The notes: generated by a model not told the origin, from the letters alone. Shown: positions 9,051-18,840, counted from the first letter of the stretch. The stretch is DNA of 26,216 nt from Pseudomonadota bacterium (GCA_043804515.1 JAZDIZ010000117.1:1-26216), one strand, 5' to 3'. Numbers and translations are program-made.

Positions 9051-9101
9051 TCTTTTTTGCGAATTCCGGACGCCGGAATCGGGTGCTCGACGCCGGGTTT
9101 T

Positions 9102-9746
9102 CTATACTCCTCGTCCGTCACCCCAGAGGATCTTCTGCAATTGGGGCTGGAGGCGCACTTGAAGGCCGGACTCCTGGATCCATTGGGCCAGCGTTGCCAA
9201 CGGGAGCGAGTTCGAAACGGCGGAAAACAAGACCGGACAGCGCTCCACCAATCCGTGTTTTCGCACCGCATCGACGGACCAATCGAAATCCGCGCGGTTC
9301 CCGATCACGAATTTCACTTCGTCGGTGGATTTGAGGTGCTCGATATTCTTCCAGTTGTTTTTGTCGCTTTCCCCGCTGGAGGGGGTTTTTAGGTCCATGA
9401 TCCGGACCACGCGGGGGTCGCACGTCGAAATGTCGTGGGCTCCGTTGGTCTCGAGCAAGACTCTGAGGTTCGCGTCGGCCAGGCGCCTCATGAGCTCGTA
9501 CACGCCAGGCTGCAAGAGAGGTTCTCCCCCCGTTATTTCCACCAAGGGAGTCTTGAACTCGAGGACCTTGCGGGCGATTTCCTCCATCGGGACCTGGCTG
9601 CCTCCGGCATACGCGTAGGCCGTGTCGCAATAAGTGCAGCGAAGGCCGCATCCGACGAGGCGCACAAAAACACAGGGAAGGCCCGCATACGTCGACTCCC
9701 CCTGAATCGACCGAAAAATCTCCGTGATGATTAAGCCGGGTTCCAT
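9102..9746 (-). CDS. queE: 7-carboxy-7-deazaguanine synthase (radical SAM)
   Basis: EIFRSIQGE, FVRLVGCGLRCTYCDT (CxxxCxxC), ITGGEPLLQ, ETNG, KFVI, QLQK; preferred ATG 9746. Confidence 0.9.
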   Translation of the reverse strand: MEPGLIITEIFRSIQGESTYAGLPCVFVRLVGCGLRCTYCDTAYAYAGGSQVPMEEIARKVLEFKTPLVEITGGEPLLQPGVYELMRRLADANLRVLLETNGAHDISTCDPRVVRIMDLKTPSSGESDKNNWKNIEHLKSTDEVKFVIGNRADFDWSVDAVRKHGLVERCPVLFSAVSNSLPLATLAQWIQESGLQVRLQPQLQKILWGDGRGV

Positions 9747-9800
9747 CGTGCGTACGACGACATACCCCCGAAAAGCGGACTTTGACAAACCCGGGGAAGC

Positions 9801-10823
9801 CTACTTGATTTCCCAGGTCTCGTGGCCGCGCAGAAGCTTGCTTAAGTCGCCCTTTCCCTTCTGGGCCGTAACCTGGCTGATCTGTCCCAGGAGCAGTTCC
9901 TCGTAGGTCGGACGCTTGACGCTCCGGAATACGCCCATCGGTACGGGGAATTCGGGATGGTCCATTCGACTCAACATATACGCGTTCGTCGGATTTTCCG
10001 CGTGCTCGTCGTGCACAAGAATGTCCGCCTCGGTCACGCCGTTCTCTCCGACGGTGACCACCTCGGGCTGGTTGTCCTTCAAGCGGATCCCCTTCTTGCG
10101 GCCCGGGCCGAAGAGCATCGGTTTGCCGTGCTCCAGGAAAAGGATCCGATCCTCCCTTGTGCTCTTCTCCGTCACGTCCTTGAACGCGCCGTCGTTGAAG
10201 ATCGCGCAGTTTTGATAGACCTCCACGAAGGAGATCCCCTTGTGTCTTGCCGCCTTCTCGATGGTTTCCGCGAGGTGATCCGGCGCGATGTCGAACGTAC
10301 GGGCGATGAACGTCGCCTCGGTCGCGAGAGCCAGCGAAAGGGCGTTCACGGGGTACTCGATCGTGCCGTACGGGCTGGACTTGGACTTCTGGCCGATCGG
10401 CGAGGTGGGGGAATACTGCCCCTTCGTGAGGCCGTAGATCCTGTTGTTGAACAGGAGGACGTTGAGATCCAGATTGCGGCGGAGGGTGTGAATGAAGTGA
10501 TTTCCTCCGATTGACATGCCGTCGCCGTCCCCGGTCACCACCCACACCGAAAGATCGGGATTCGCGCATTTCACGCCCGTGGCGACCGTCATCGCGCGGC
10601 CGTGGATCGTGTGGAACCCGTAGGTGTTCATGTAGTAAGGGAACCGGCTGGAACACCCGATTCCGGAGATGAACACAAAATTTTCTTTCGGGATGCCGAG
10701 GCGGGGCATCACGCGCTGCACCGAAGCCAGGACCGAATAGTCCCCGCAACCCGGGCACCAGCGGACCTCCTGATCGCTGACGAAGTCCTCGCGCTTCAAT
10801 GGGGTTTCGTCTCGGGTGCTCAT
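9801..10823 (-). CDS. korB: 2-oxoacid:ferredoxin oxidoreductase subunit beta
   Basis: WCPGCGD, SGIGCSSR, TIHGR, GDGDGMSIGGNH, NNRIYGLTKGQYSPT; ATG 10823 overlaps the korA stop (ATGA). Confidence 0.93.
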   Translation of the reverse strand: MSTRDETPLKREDFVSDQEVRWCPGCGDYSVLASVQRVMPRLGIPKENFVFISGIGCSSRFPYYMNTYGFHTIHGRAMTVATGVKCANPDLSVWVVTGDGDGMSIGGNHFIHTLRRNLDLNVLLFNNRIYGLTKGQYSPTSPIGQKSKSSPYGTIEYPVNALSLALATEATFIARTFDIAPDHLAETIEKAARHKGISFVEVYQNCAIFNDGAFKDVTEKSTREDRILFLEHGKPMLFGPGRKKGIRLKDNQPEVVTVGENGVTEADILVHDEHAENPTNAYMLSRMDHPEFPVPMGVFRSVKRPTYEELLLGQISQVTAQKGKGDLSKLLRGHETWEIK

Positions 10824-12718
10824 AGAAGCTTCTCGATCCCTTCCTTGATTTCGTTGATCTTGAACGGCTGTCCTTGGATCTTGTTGAGGCCGACGGCGTC
10901 CACCAGAAACCTGGAGCGAAGCAGCCACAAGAGCTGGCCCAAGTTGAGTTCCGGCACCAATACGCGGTCAAAACGATTGAGAATCTCCCCGACATTTTTC
11001 TGCAACGGATTCAGATATCTTAAATGAAGGCTGGAAACCGGCTTTCCTTCCTTTTGAAGCTGCTCCACGGCCGTTGTGATCGCGCCGTACGTCCCTCCCC
11101 AGCCCACCACCAGAACCTTCCCGCCGGGCTTGCCGAAGACTTTGGCCTCGGGGATGTCGTCCGCGATGCGCTGGATCTTCTCGGCGCGCAGCCTCACCAT
11201 CTTCTCGTGGTTGAGGGGGTCGTGGCTGACGGCGCCGACCACGTCCTGTTTTTCCAGGCCGCCGATCCGGTGCTCGAACCCCTTGGTTCCGGGAACGATC
11301 CAGGGGCGCGAAAGCGTCTTTTCGTCCCGAAGATACGGATGGAATTTCCCGGCGTCCGTAAAGCCCATGATCTCGAATTTCGGGAGTTCCGAGAGTTCGG
11401 GAATCCGCCACGGCTCCGCGCCGTTGCCTAGGTAGCCATCCGACATCAGGAGCACGGGGCACATGAACTTCGTGGCGATCCGCGACGCCTCGATGGCGAA
11501 TTGGAAACACTCGCTGGGAGAGGCGGCGGCCACCACGGCCGCGGGACTCTCGCTGGCCCGGCCGAACAGGGCCTGGAAGAGATCCGCCTGCTCCGTCTTG
11601 GTCGGCATTCCCGTGGACGGGCCGGCGCGCTGGACATCCACGATCACGACGGGAAGCTCCGCCATGACCGCCAGACCGATGGCCTCCGATTTAAGCGCCA
11701 GGCCCGGACCGCTTGTTCCGGTAACGCCCAGATTTCCGCCGAAAGACGCACCGATCGCGATCCCGATCGCGGCGATCTCGTCTTCCGCTTGGAACGTCCG
11801 GACGTCGTAGTTCTTGAGTTCGGACAGCTCCTGCAGGATCTCGCTCGCGGGGGTGATCGGATAACTCGCGTAGAAAAGCGGCCGTTTCGCCAGATGTGCG
11901 GCGGCCACGAGCCCGAGCGCCGTGGCCTGGTTCCCCGTCACTTGGCGGTACAGGCCCTTTGCGAGTTGTGCGGGCGGTACACGAAAGAGGGTGGTGAACG
12001 CCTCGGAAGTGTCACCGAAGTAGTACCCCGCTTTCACCGCCCGGATGTTGGCCTCGGCCACGGCGGCGGCTTTTCCGAACTTCTCCTTGATCCACTCGAT
12101 CGTGGGCTCCACCGGACGATCGAAAAGCCAGTACATGAAACCCAACGCGAAGAAATTCTTCGAGCGGTCCTTCTCCTTCTTGGTGAGGGGCAGGTCCTTG
12201 AGGGCTTCACTGTTCAGCGTCGTGATCGGCACCTCGAAGCGGCGGTATCCCGAGAGCGATCCGTCCGTCAGGGGATTCTTCGTGTATCCGGCCTTCTTGA
12301 GGTTCACATCGTTGAACGCGTCCGTGTTGATGACCAAATACTCGCCGAGCGGAATGTCCTTGAGGTGAACCTTGAGGGCTGCGGGGTTCATCGCCACGAG
12401 AACGTTCGGCGTATCCCCCGGCGTCCGGACGTCGTGGCTGGAGAAATTGATCTGGAAGCCGCTCACGCCCGGGATCGAGCCGGCCGGGGCGCGGATCTCC
12501 GACGGGTAGTCGGGAAAAGTCGCCAGGTCGTTGCCGAACATGGCGGTGGTGGTGGTGAACTGCGTACCGGTGAGCTGCATCCCGTCTCCGGAGTCCCCGG
12601 CAAAACGGATCGTGACGCTATCCAACTCGACGATCGTGCGTTCCTTCGGCGCGGTCTTTCCCTTCCCCGGTGCGGTGGGGAGTGAACCGGACTTTTCTTG
12701 GTTAACGCCGTTGGACAT
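10820..12718 (-). CDS. korA: 2-oxoacid:ferredoxin oxidoreductase subunit alpha (gamma-alpha fusion)
   Basis: FAGDSGDGMQLTG, YPSEIRAP, YPITPAS, QAEDEIAA, TSGPG, QRAGPSTGMPTK; GGAGG RBS and TATAAT (12744-12749) upstream. Confidence 0.95.
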   Translation of the reverse strand: MSNGVNQEKSGSLPTAPGKGKTAPKERTIVELDSVTIRFAGDSGDGMQLTGTQFTTTTAMFGNDLATFPDYPSEIRAPAGSIPGVSGFQINFSSHDVRTPGDTPNVLVAMNPAALKVHLKDIPLGEYLVINTDAFNDVNLKKAGYTKNPLTDGSLSGYRRFEVPITTLNSEALKDLPLTKKEKDRSKNFFALGFMYWLFDRPVEPTIEWIKEKFGKAAAVAEANIRAVKAGYYFGDTSEAFTTLFRVPPAQLAKGLYRQVTGNQATALGLVAAAHLAKRPLFYASYPITPASEILQELSELKNYDVRTFQAEDEIAAIGIAIGASFGGNLGVTGTSGPGLALKSEAIGLAVMAELPVVIVDVQRAGPSTGMPTKTEQADLFQALFGRASESPAAVVAAASPSECFQFAIEASRIATKFMCPVLLMSDGYLGNGAEPWRIPELSELPKFEIMGFTDAGKFHPYLRDEKTLSRPWIVPGTKGFEHRIGGLEKQDVVGAVSHDPLNHEKMVRLRAEKIQRIADDIPEAKVFGKPGGKVLVVGWGGTYGAITTAVEQLQKEGKPVSSLHLRYLNPLQKNVGEILNRFDRVLVPELNLGQLLWLLRSRFLVDAVGLNKIQGQPFKINEIKEGIEKLL

Positions 12719-12803
12719 GAACGATCATCCTCCAGAAGTGAGTATTATAGTCGCCCGAATCACGAAAGGGGGGCATCTTACGCCTGCCGCAAAAACAGGC
12801 AAA

Positions 12804-13760
12804 TCACGGGCCCGATCTTCCTGAAAGATAAGCGCTTTTCGCGTTTCTCACGATGGTGGCCCAGCCGACCCGATGAAACGCCGTGCCTCGAAACCAGCGC
12901 GAGAAACCCTCAGGCGTGAGCGCAATAAGTTGATCGAGGGACAAACCCGAATGAGGTCTTGGAGAAAAAATTTCCAGGCGGTGGGACACCGGCTCCAGGT
13001 TCCAAGGGCATACTTCCTGACAGGCGTCACATCCCGCCACCCATCCGGAGAGCTTTTCGCTCACCGCAGAGGGGAGGGGTCCGCGCCGGTTCTCGATTGT
13101 TTGGTACGAGATGCAGCGGTTGGCGTCCAAAAGATACGGCTCGACGAGGGCTTGCGTCGGGCAAGCATCAATGCACTTCGTGCACGTCCCGCAGCGATCG
13201 GTCGCGGGAGTGTCGTTCGGAAGATCCAGCGTGGTCACGAGTTCACCCAGGACGATGTACGAACCGGTTTCCTCCGACATCACGAGGGCGTTTTTCCCGA
13301 CCCACCCCACGCCTGCGCGCCGGGCAAGGCTCCGCTCCATGACCGGGCCCGTGTCGACATGCGCGACATAACGAAAGTCTTTCTGGACCCGCGACGCAAT
13401 CCAACCCGCCAGGATTTCCAACCGTTCTTTGACGGCCTTGTGGTAATCCGCTCCCCAACCGTATCGCGCGAAACGGGCGTCCGTGCGAGGGGGACACCCT
13501 GGAAGGGTGTCCCCTGCACGCGGGGCATACGACACGGCACCCACGATGACCGATCGGGCGCCGTCGAGAACTTTTCCGAGATCACCGCGTTTGGCCACCC
13601 GGTCGGCTCGTTTCAGATACCGAAGATCAGCGGCAAACCCCCGTTGAAGCCAATCCAAGTAATTCGGATAGTGCTCGGGGGGCTCGGCGGAAGTGATGCC
13701 GACCCGGTCAAACCCGATCGAACGGGCGAATTCCTTGAGATTCCGGACCAAAACGCTCAT
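12804..13760 (-). CDS. queG: tRNA epoxyqueuosine(34) reductase
   Basis: ARYGWGADYH, VDTGPVMER, GWVGKN, CGTCTKCIDACPT, CISY, GCDACQEVCPWN. Confidence 0.93.
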   Translation of the reverse strand: MSVLVRNLKEFARSIGFDRVGITSAEPPEHYPNYLDWLQRGFAADLRYLKRADRVAKRGDLGKVLDGARSVIVGAVSYAPRAGDTLPGCPPRTDARFARYGWGADYHKAVKERLEILAGWIASRVQKDFRYVAHVDTGPVMERSLARRAGVGWVGKNALVMSEETGSYIVLGELVTTLDLPNDTPATDRCGTCTKCIDACPTQALVEPYLLDANRCISYQTIENRRGPLPSAVSEKLSGWVAGCDACQEVCPWNLEPVSHRLEIFSPRPHSGLSLDQLIALTPEGFSRWFRGTAFHRVGWATIVRNAKSAYLSGRSGP

Positions 13761-13892
13761 GGGCCCAAAGAGTAAACAAAAGATACACCCGGGTGCAAAA
13801 AGTAGCCGGGTTTCGACAGTGTCCTTTGCGGGGCTCTAAGGAAACAGCCAGTAATATAGGCAGGTTGCGAAAATTCACATGGGCGCAAAACC

Positions 13893-13908
13893 TGGCATTG
13901 CTATTGCT
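13893..13908 (+). promoter_or_regulatory. Sigma54 -24/-12 promoter
   Basis: TGGCAT-TGCTA-TTGCT with GG and GC 12 nt apart. Confidence 0.65.
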
Positions 13909-13929
13909 TCCTAGTGTGGGTAGGAAAAA

Positions 13930-14019
13930 ATGATGCCTTATTCCATGCGCGTAACATTGCTCCTGATCGCCGCCACGGTTGTTTTGATCGTGGTGGAGAG
14001 CAGGTTAATGATCGGTTAG
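13930..14019 (+). CDS. Small 29-aa hydrophobic protein (single predicted TM helix)
   Basis: MMPYSMRVTLLLIAATVVLIVVESRLMIG; AGGA RBS at 13922-13925; directly downstream of the sigma54 box; stop overlaps the cupin stop. Confidence 0.5.
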   Translation: MMPYSMRVTLLLIAATVVLIVVESRLMIG

Positions 14020-14342
14020 GTTTTCGGCGCGGGCGGCGTCGTCAGCACGAGGAGAACCAATCTCTCCTCGGCCATGTTGACCACGCCGTGTTCTTCACCT
14101 GCCGGAGCCAGTACCGCCGCACCCGATTTGCACTCTCGGGTGGTTCTTCCCACGCTGAAACGCCCGTTACCTTCCAAAACGAAATAAACCGTGTCCGACG
14201 TGAGCAGCTTATGCGAGCGCTGGGCCTGCCCCGGTTCGAAACAGTGCAGGTCCGCTACAAGCAACGGGGTGGAGAAGATCTCGATCTTCTGCATTTTGTC
14301 CGGAGAAAAATGGACGAGGGATCGGAAATCGAGGGTTTTCAA
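14016..14342 (-). CDS. Cupin-domain protein
   Basis: HCFEPGQAQRSH, YFVLEGNGRF, APAGEEHGVVN; TTG at 14342 with GGGAG RBS (alternative start 14354). Confidence 0.85.
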   Translation of the reverse strand: MKTLDFRSLVHFSPDKMQKIEIFSTPLLVADLHCFEPGQAQRSHKLLTSDTVYFVLEGNGRFSVGRTTRECKSGAAVLAPAGEEHGVVNMAEERLVLLVLTTPPAPKT

Positions 14343-14392
14343 ACGTTCTCCCAAATCGGGGAGCCTACCAGACCCCGCCGCGGATGACGCGC

Positions 14393-14424
14393 AAAAAGAA
14401 AAGGCCCGGCGGGCCCGGGGCCCG
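14393..14424 (-). terminator. Intrinsic terminator candidate after ftsH
   Basis: GC-rich stem (GGCCCCGG..CCGGGCC) followed by TTTTCTTTTT on the minus strand. Confidence 0.55.
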
Positions 14425-14426
14425 GC

Positions 14427-16310
14427 TTACGGGGTGCCGGCAAGCCCCTGCTGAACGATCGCCGTGAATTCCTCGCCGCTGAGGGTTTCCTTTTCAAGAA
14501 GCCGCGAGGCCACGGCCTTCAGGATCGGCAGCTTCGAACGAAGGAGTTCCGTGACCGCCTCCATCCGCTGGGCCATTGTGTCCCGCACTTCCACGTCGAT
14601 CTCCCGGGCGGTTTGCTCGCTGAAATTCTTCCCGGAGGAGATCGTGCCCCGATCGATGAGCATCGGCGTGCGTTCTTCCTCCACCGTGGCGGGGCCGAGG
14701 CTTTTCCCCATTCCGTAACGGGTGATCATGCTCCGGATGATGTCGGTGGCGCGGTTCAGATCGTCGGCGGCGCCCGTGGAAAGATCTCCGAACACGACCG
14801 ACTCGGACGCGCGCCCTCCCAGGAGGATCTCCACTTTCGTGAGCAGTTCGTCGCGCGTCATGAGATAGCGGTCCTCGGTCGGGAGTTGCAGCGTAAATCC
14901 GAGAGCGCCGATTCCCCGCGGAATGATCGAGATCTTGTGCACCTTGTCCGCGGAGTTGCGAAGGGCGGAAACCAGCGCGTGGCCCGCCTCATGATGCGCC
15001 ACGATCTCCTTCTCGCGGCGGCTCAGGACGGTGGATTTTTTCTCCAGGCCGGTGAGGATCCGGTCCACAGCCTCTTCGAAATCCTTCATGGCGACTTCCT
15101 TGCGCTCCCGCCGGGCCGCCAGAAGGGCCGCTTCGTTCACGACGTTGGCGAGGTCCGCGCCCACAAGCCCCGGCGTGCGTTGGGCGATCGTGCCGAGCAG
15201 GACATCCGAGGCCAGCTTCACGATCCGGGCGTGCAGTTCCAAAATCTCCTGGCGTTCCTTGACGTTCGGGCGCCCCACCATCACGTGGCGGTCGAAGCGG
15301 CCCGCGCGTAAAAGCGCCGGATCCAGAATTTCGGGGCGGTTCGTGGCCGCCATGATGATGACGCCCCCTTGCGTGTCGAAGCCGTCCATCTCCACGAGAA
15401 GCTGATTCAGCGTCTGCTCGCGCTCGTCGTGGCCGCCGACCGGGTTGATCCCGCGCGCCTTCCCGATCGCGTCCAACTCGTCGATGAAAATGATGCAGGG
15501 GGCCTTTCCCTTCGCTTGGTTGAACAGGTCGCGGACTCGCGCCGCGCCCACACCCACGAACATCTCGACGAAATCCGAACCGGAGATGTTGAAGAAGGGC
15601 GCCTTCGCCTCTCCTGCGACCGCGCGCGCCAGAAGGGTCTTCCCCGTTCCGGGCGGCCCCACGAGGAGGATCCCTTTCGGGAGTTTTCCCCCCAACGCCG
15701 TAAAGCGCCTGGGGAACATCAGGAAGTCGATGATTTCCTTGAGCTCTTCCTTGGCCTCGTCCTGCCCGGCGACGTCCGAAAACGTGGTCTTGTTATCCGA
15801 CTCGGCTCGGAGGCGCGTGCGCGCTTTACCGAACGTCATCATCTCCGTTCCCGGCCCGAGCCGTTTGAAAAAAAAGCTCCACAGAAAAATGATCAGGATC
15901 AGGGGAAAGATCCAGGTCATGAGATCCCGAAACGCCGTGTTCTCGACCCGGATCTCGTACTTGGTGCCGGTGTCGTCCAGAAGCTTGATCAGGCTTTCAT
16001 CCTGGGCCGGCCGGAGGGCCGAAAGGGAAGGGACGGTCTCGAACCAGGAACCGACGCCCTTTTCCTCCTTTTTCCCGGTCGCGGACTTTTCTTTTTGCGG
16101 GAGGACTCCGATGACGAACTTGTCGCTCAGGACCACTTCCGTGAAGGCCTTGGTCTTGATTTTCTCCTTCATCTCGCTGTAGGGGATCTTGTCCGCGCGA
16201 TCGGGAGGGCTGAACAGGTTGAACAGCAGGATCGCCCCGACGGCCATCATGATGTAGGTCAGGGGGGATCGCAGCCGGCGCGGTTGGCCTTTTGGAGGCG
16301 GCTTGGCCAT
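14427..16310 (-). CDS. ftsH: ATP-dependent zinc metalloprotease FtsH
   Basis: Two N-terminal TM segments, [39 protein letters not shown]. Confidence 0.97.
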   Translation of the reverse strand: MAKPPPKGQPRRLRSPLTYIMMAVGAILLFNLFSPPDRADKIPYSEMKEKIKTKAFTEVVLSDKFVIGVLPQKEKSATGKKEEKGVGSWFETVPSLSALRPAQDESLIKLLDDTGTKYEIRVENTAFRDLMTWIFPLILIIFLWSFFFKRLGPGTEMMTFGKARTRLRAESDNKTTFSDVAGQDEAKEELKEIIDFLMFPRRFTALGGKLPKGILLVGPPGTGKTLLARAVAGEAKAPFFNISGSDFVEMFVGVGAARVRDLFNQAKGKAPCIIFIDELDAIGKARGINPVGGHDEREQTLNQLLVEMDGFDTQGGVIIMAATNRPEILDPALLRAGRFDRHVMVGRPNVKERQEILELHARIVKLASDVLLGTIAQRTPGLVGADLANVVNEAALLAARRERKEVAMKDFEEAVDRILTGLEKKSTVLSRREKEIVAHHEAGHALVSALRNSADKVHKISIIPRGIGALGFTLQLPTEDRYLMTRDELLTKVEILLGGRASESVVFGDLSTGAADDLNRATDIIRSMITRYGMGKSLGPATVEEERTPMLIDRGTISSGKNFSEQTAREIDVEVRDTMAQRMEAVTELLRSKLPILKAVASRLLEKETLSGEEFTAIVQQGLAGTP

Positions 16311-16319
16311 GGGGAGGGG

Positions 16320-16347
16320 ACTATAAGCACCTTTAATCCCTCGTCAA
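16320..16347 (-). promoter_or_regulatory. Promoter candidate for ftsH (near-leaderless)
   Basis: TTGACG-N16-TATAGT, 9 nt before ATG, no SD. Confidence 0.5.
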
Positions 16348-16415
16348 AGGCCATCTTGGAACCGCCAAAGTTGATGGACTGAAAGCTTCTGGTATTGTCT
16401 GCGGCCCAAAAGCCC

Positions 16416-17918
16416 ATGAAAAAACCACTGCTATTCTTAAGTCTGATCCTCGTTCTTGCATCCGGATGCGACCGACTTCCCTGGGGGAAGAAAAGCGCCG
16501 GCGAACCCTCCACTGAAGCGAAGAAGGGAGAGCTGCCCTTCACGGTCCCGTGGAAGGGGCAGGCGCTGGCCGCCGACACGTTCATCAAGATCGCCCGGAC
16601 GGCGGATCTGGCCGTCGTCAACATCAGCACGACGAAGACGTTCAAGCGGGCGAGGAGCCCGCGTCCGTTCTTTTCCCAACCGGAGCCGTTCGGGGATCCC
16701 TTCGGCGGCGATTTCTTCCGCCGTTTTTTCGGTGAGATGCCGGACACGCCCGAGTACGAACAGCGGAGCCTCGGGTCCGGATTCGTCCTGACGGAGGACG
16801 GCTACGTCGCCACGAACAACCATGTCGTGGAGAAGGCCGACGAGATCAAGGTGACGATCGGAAAGGACCAGGAGTATAAGGCGACGCTCGTCGGAGCCGA
16901 CCCCAAGACCGACGTGGCTCTTCTCAAAATCAAGCCGAAGGAGAGGCTCCAGACGCTGGCCCTCGGGGATTCCGATCAACTTCAGGTCGGGGAGATCGTT
17001 ATGGCCATCGGAAACCCGTTCGGCCTGTCGCACACGGTCACGCAGGGGATCGTGAGCGCGAAGGAGCGGGCGATCGGATTCGGCCAATACGACAATTTCA
17101 TCCAGACCGACGCCTCGATCAACCCGGGAAATTCCGGCGGACCGCTTCTAAACCTCAAGGCCGAAGTGGTGGGAATTAACGCGGCCATCGTGGCTTCGGG
17201 GCAGGGGATCGGCTTCGCGATTCCGATCAACCTAGCGAAAAACATTCTCATGCAGATCAAGGACACGGGGAAGGTCACGCGCGGTTGGCTGGGTGTCTAC
17301 ATCCAGCAGGTGGACATGGATCTGGCGAAATCGTTGGGGCTGAAAGAGCGGCGCGGCGCCCTTGTTTCCAACGTGCAAAGCGGAAGTCCCGCCGAGCAAG
17401 CGGGCATCAAACGAGGCGACGTGATCGTGAAATTCGGCGAGAAAGAGATCGCCGACTTCAATGAATTGCCGAGGTTTGTGGCGGTGACGCCGATCGGAAC
17501 GAAGGTGCGCGTCGAGATTTTAAGGGAAGGCAAGAAAGTCGTCGTGGAACCGACGATCAAAGAACTCAAGCCCGAAAAGGAAGAGGCGCAGGCGGAAGGA
17601 GGAGGCGAGGATGAGGCCCAACCGTCCAAAGAGGATCTCCTCGGCCTTTCCGTCGGCAACCTCACGCCGCAGATTTCCCGGCAACTGCAATTGGAGCCCG
17701 AGGTCAAAGGGGTCTTTGTCGCCAACGTTAAGGCTAACGCGGCGGCGGCCGATAAAGGGATCCAACGAGGGGACATGATTGTGGAAGTGAACAAGCACAA
17801 GGTCTCCGACGTGGATGAGTACCGTAAGTACACGAAATCATTAAAGAAAGGTGACACGGTTCTGCTCCTGCTTCGCAGGGGCGGCGGAGCCACATTGTTT
17901 GTGGCCTTTACGTTATAA
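16416..17918 (+). CDS. degP: Do/DegP/HtrA serine protease with two PDZ domains, lipoprotein signal
   Basis: MKKPLLFLSLILVLASG-C lipobox; TNNHVV, DVAL, GNSGG triad; GWLGV and LLGLSV PDZ starts. Confidence 0.92.
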   Translation: MKKPLLFLSLILVLASGCDRLPWGKKSAGEPSTEAKKGELPFTVPWKGQALAADTFIKIARTADLAVVNISTTKTFKRARSPRPFFSQPEPFGDPFGGDFFRRFFGEMPDTPEYEQRSLGSGFVLTEDGYVATNNHVVEKADEIKVTIGKDQEYKATLVGADPKTDVALLKIKPKERLQTLALGDSDQLQVGEIVMAIGNPFGLSHTVTQGIVSAKERAIGFGQYDNFIQTDASINPGNSGGPLLNLKAEVVGINAAIVASGQGIGFAIPINLAKNILMQIKDTGKVTRGWLGVYIQQVDMDLAKSLGLKERRGALVSNVQSGSPAEQAGIKRGDVIVKFGEKEIADFNELPRFVAVTPIGTKVRVEILREGKKVVVEPTIKELKPEKEEAQAEGGGEDEAQPSKEDLLGLSVGNLTPQISRQLQLEPEVKGVFVANVKANAAAADKGIQRGDMIVEVNKHKVSDVDEYRKYTKSLKKGDTVLLLLRRGGGATLFVAFTL

Positions 17919-17979
17919 TATCAATGAGTTGACCCCACTTGACAGGTGGGGGCCCGGGAATAGATAAGTAGATGCTTTG

Positions 17980-18840
17980 ATGAAGCCGAAAAGCACAGCG
18001 CTGACGATTCGAAGCAGCCTGGACCTTTACATGGAACAGGTGAGGCGGATCCCTGTTCTTTCGCGGGAAGAGGAGAAGAAGCTGGCGCTTCTTTGGTTCA
18101 AGAAGCGCGACCGGGAAGCGGGGCAAAAGCTCGTGATCTCCAACCTCCGCTTTGTCGTGAAGGTGGCCCGTGAATATTTGCGCTACGGCTTCCGTCTCCC
18201 CGACCTGATCCAGGAAGGGAATCTGGGGCTTCTTCACTCGATCGACCGATTCGACCCGCGCAAAGGATACCGTCTCATTTCGTATGCCGTTTGGTGGATC
18301 CGCGCTTACATCCAGGCCTTCGTTCTGCGATCTTGGAGCGTGGTGCGGCTTGGGACCACGCGCGTTCAAAGGCGGATCATCGCCAGCCTTCAAAAAGCGC
18401 GGCAAAAAATCGCTTCGCTTCACGCCGACGAACCCGTGCAACCGAAAGCGTTGGCCGCGGCGCTGGATGTATCCACGGACGACTTGAATGCCACGGTGAA
18501 TCGGATGCAACGGCGGGACATTTCGATCGACGCCCCCGTCTCACAAGACAACGACGCTCCGTACGGTGACCATCTGGCGGATCGCACTCCGAACGCCGAA
18601 GAGCAGCTCGTGGAAGCCGACCTGAAATTGAAGGTGCGCGAGAAATTGGATGACATCTATGAGGACCTGACGCCGAGAGAGAGATACCTTTTGGACCACA
18701 GGCTCATGTCCGACCAGCCCGTGACGCTGGAAGCGGCGGGCGAGCATTTCGGTGTGACACGCGAACGCGTCCGGCAGATCGAAAACCGGCTCAAAGGCAG
18801 GTTGCGCGGAGTTCTGGCTCCTGCTTTTGCGACAACCTAA
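17980..18840 (+). CDS. RNA polymerase sigma factor, RpoH/sigma32-like
   Basis: LVISNLRFVVKVA, DLIQEGNLGL, FDPRKGYRLISYAVWWIRAYI, SWSVVRLGTT, GVTRERVRQIE. Confidence 0.88.
   Translation: MKPKSTALTIRSSLDLYMEQVRRIPVLSREEEKKLALLWFKKRDREAGQKLVISNLRFVVKVAREYLRYGFRLPDLIQEGNLGLLHSIDRFDPRKGYRLISYAVWWIRAYIQAFVLRSWSVVRLGTTRVQRRIIASLQKARQKIASLHADEPVQPKALAAALDVSTDDLNATVNRMQRRDISIDAPVSQDNDAPYGDHLADRTPNAEEQLVEADLKLKVREKLDDIYEDLTPRERYLLDHRLMSDQPVTLEAAGEHFGVTRERVRQIENRLKGRLRGVLAPAFATT

Noticed and set aside
7860..9746. queE plus ATPase as a 7-deazaguanine DNA-modification (Dpd) or QatABCD-type defence system
   Set aside because: QueE looks like the housekeeping enzyme and queG is nearby; no dpdA, queC-like or TatD genes in the window
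9118..10995. 625-aa same-strand alternative-frame ORF overlapping korA end, korB and queE
   Set aside because: Arg/Pro/Gly-rich shadow frame expected from high-GC codon bias; overlaps well-supported genes and has no motifs
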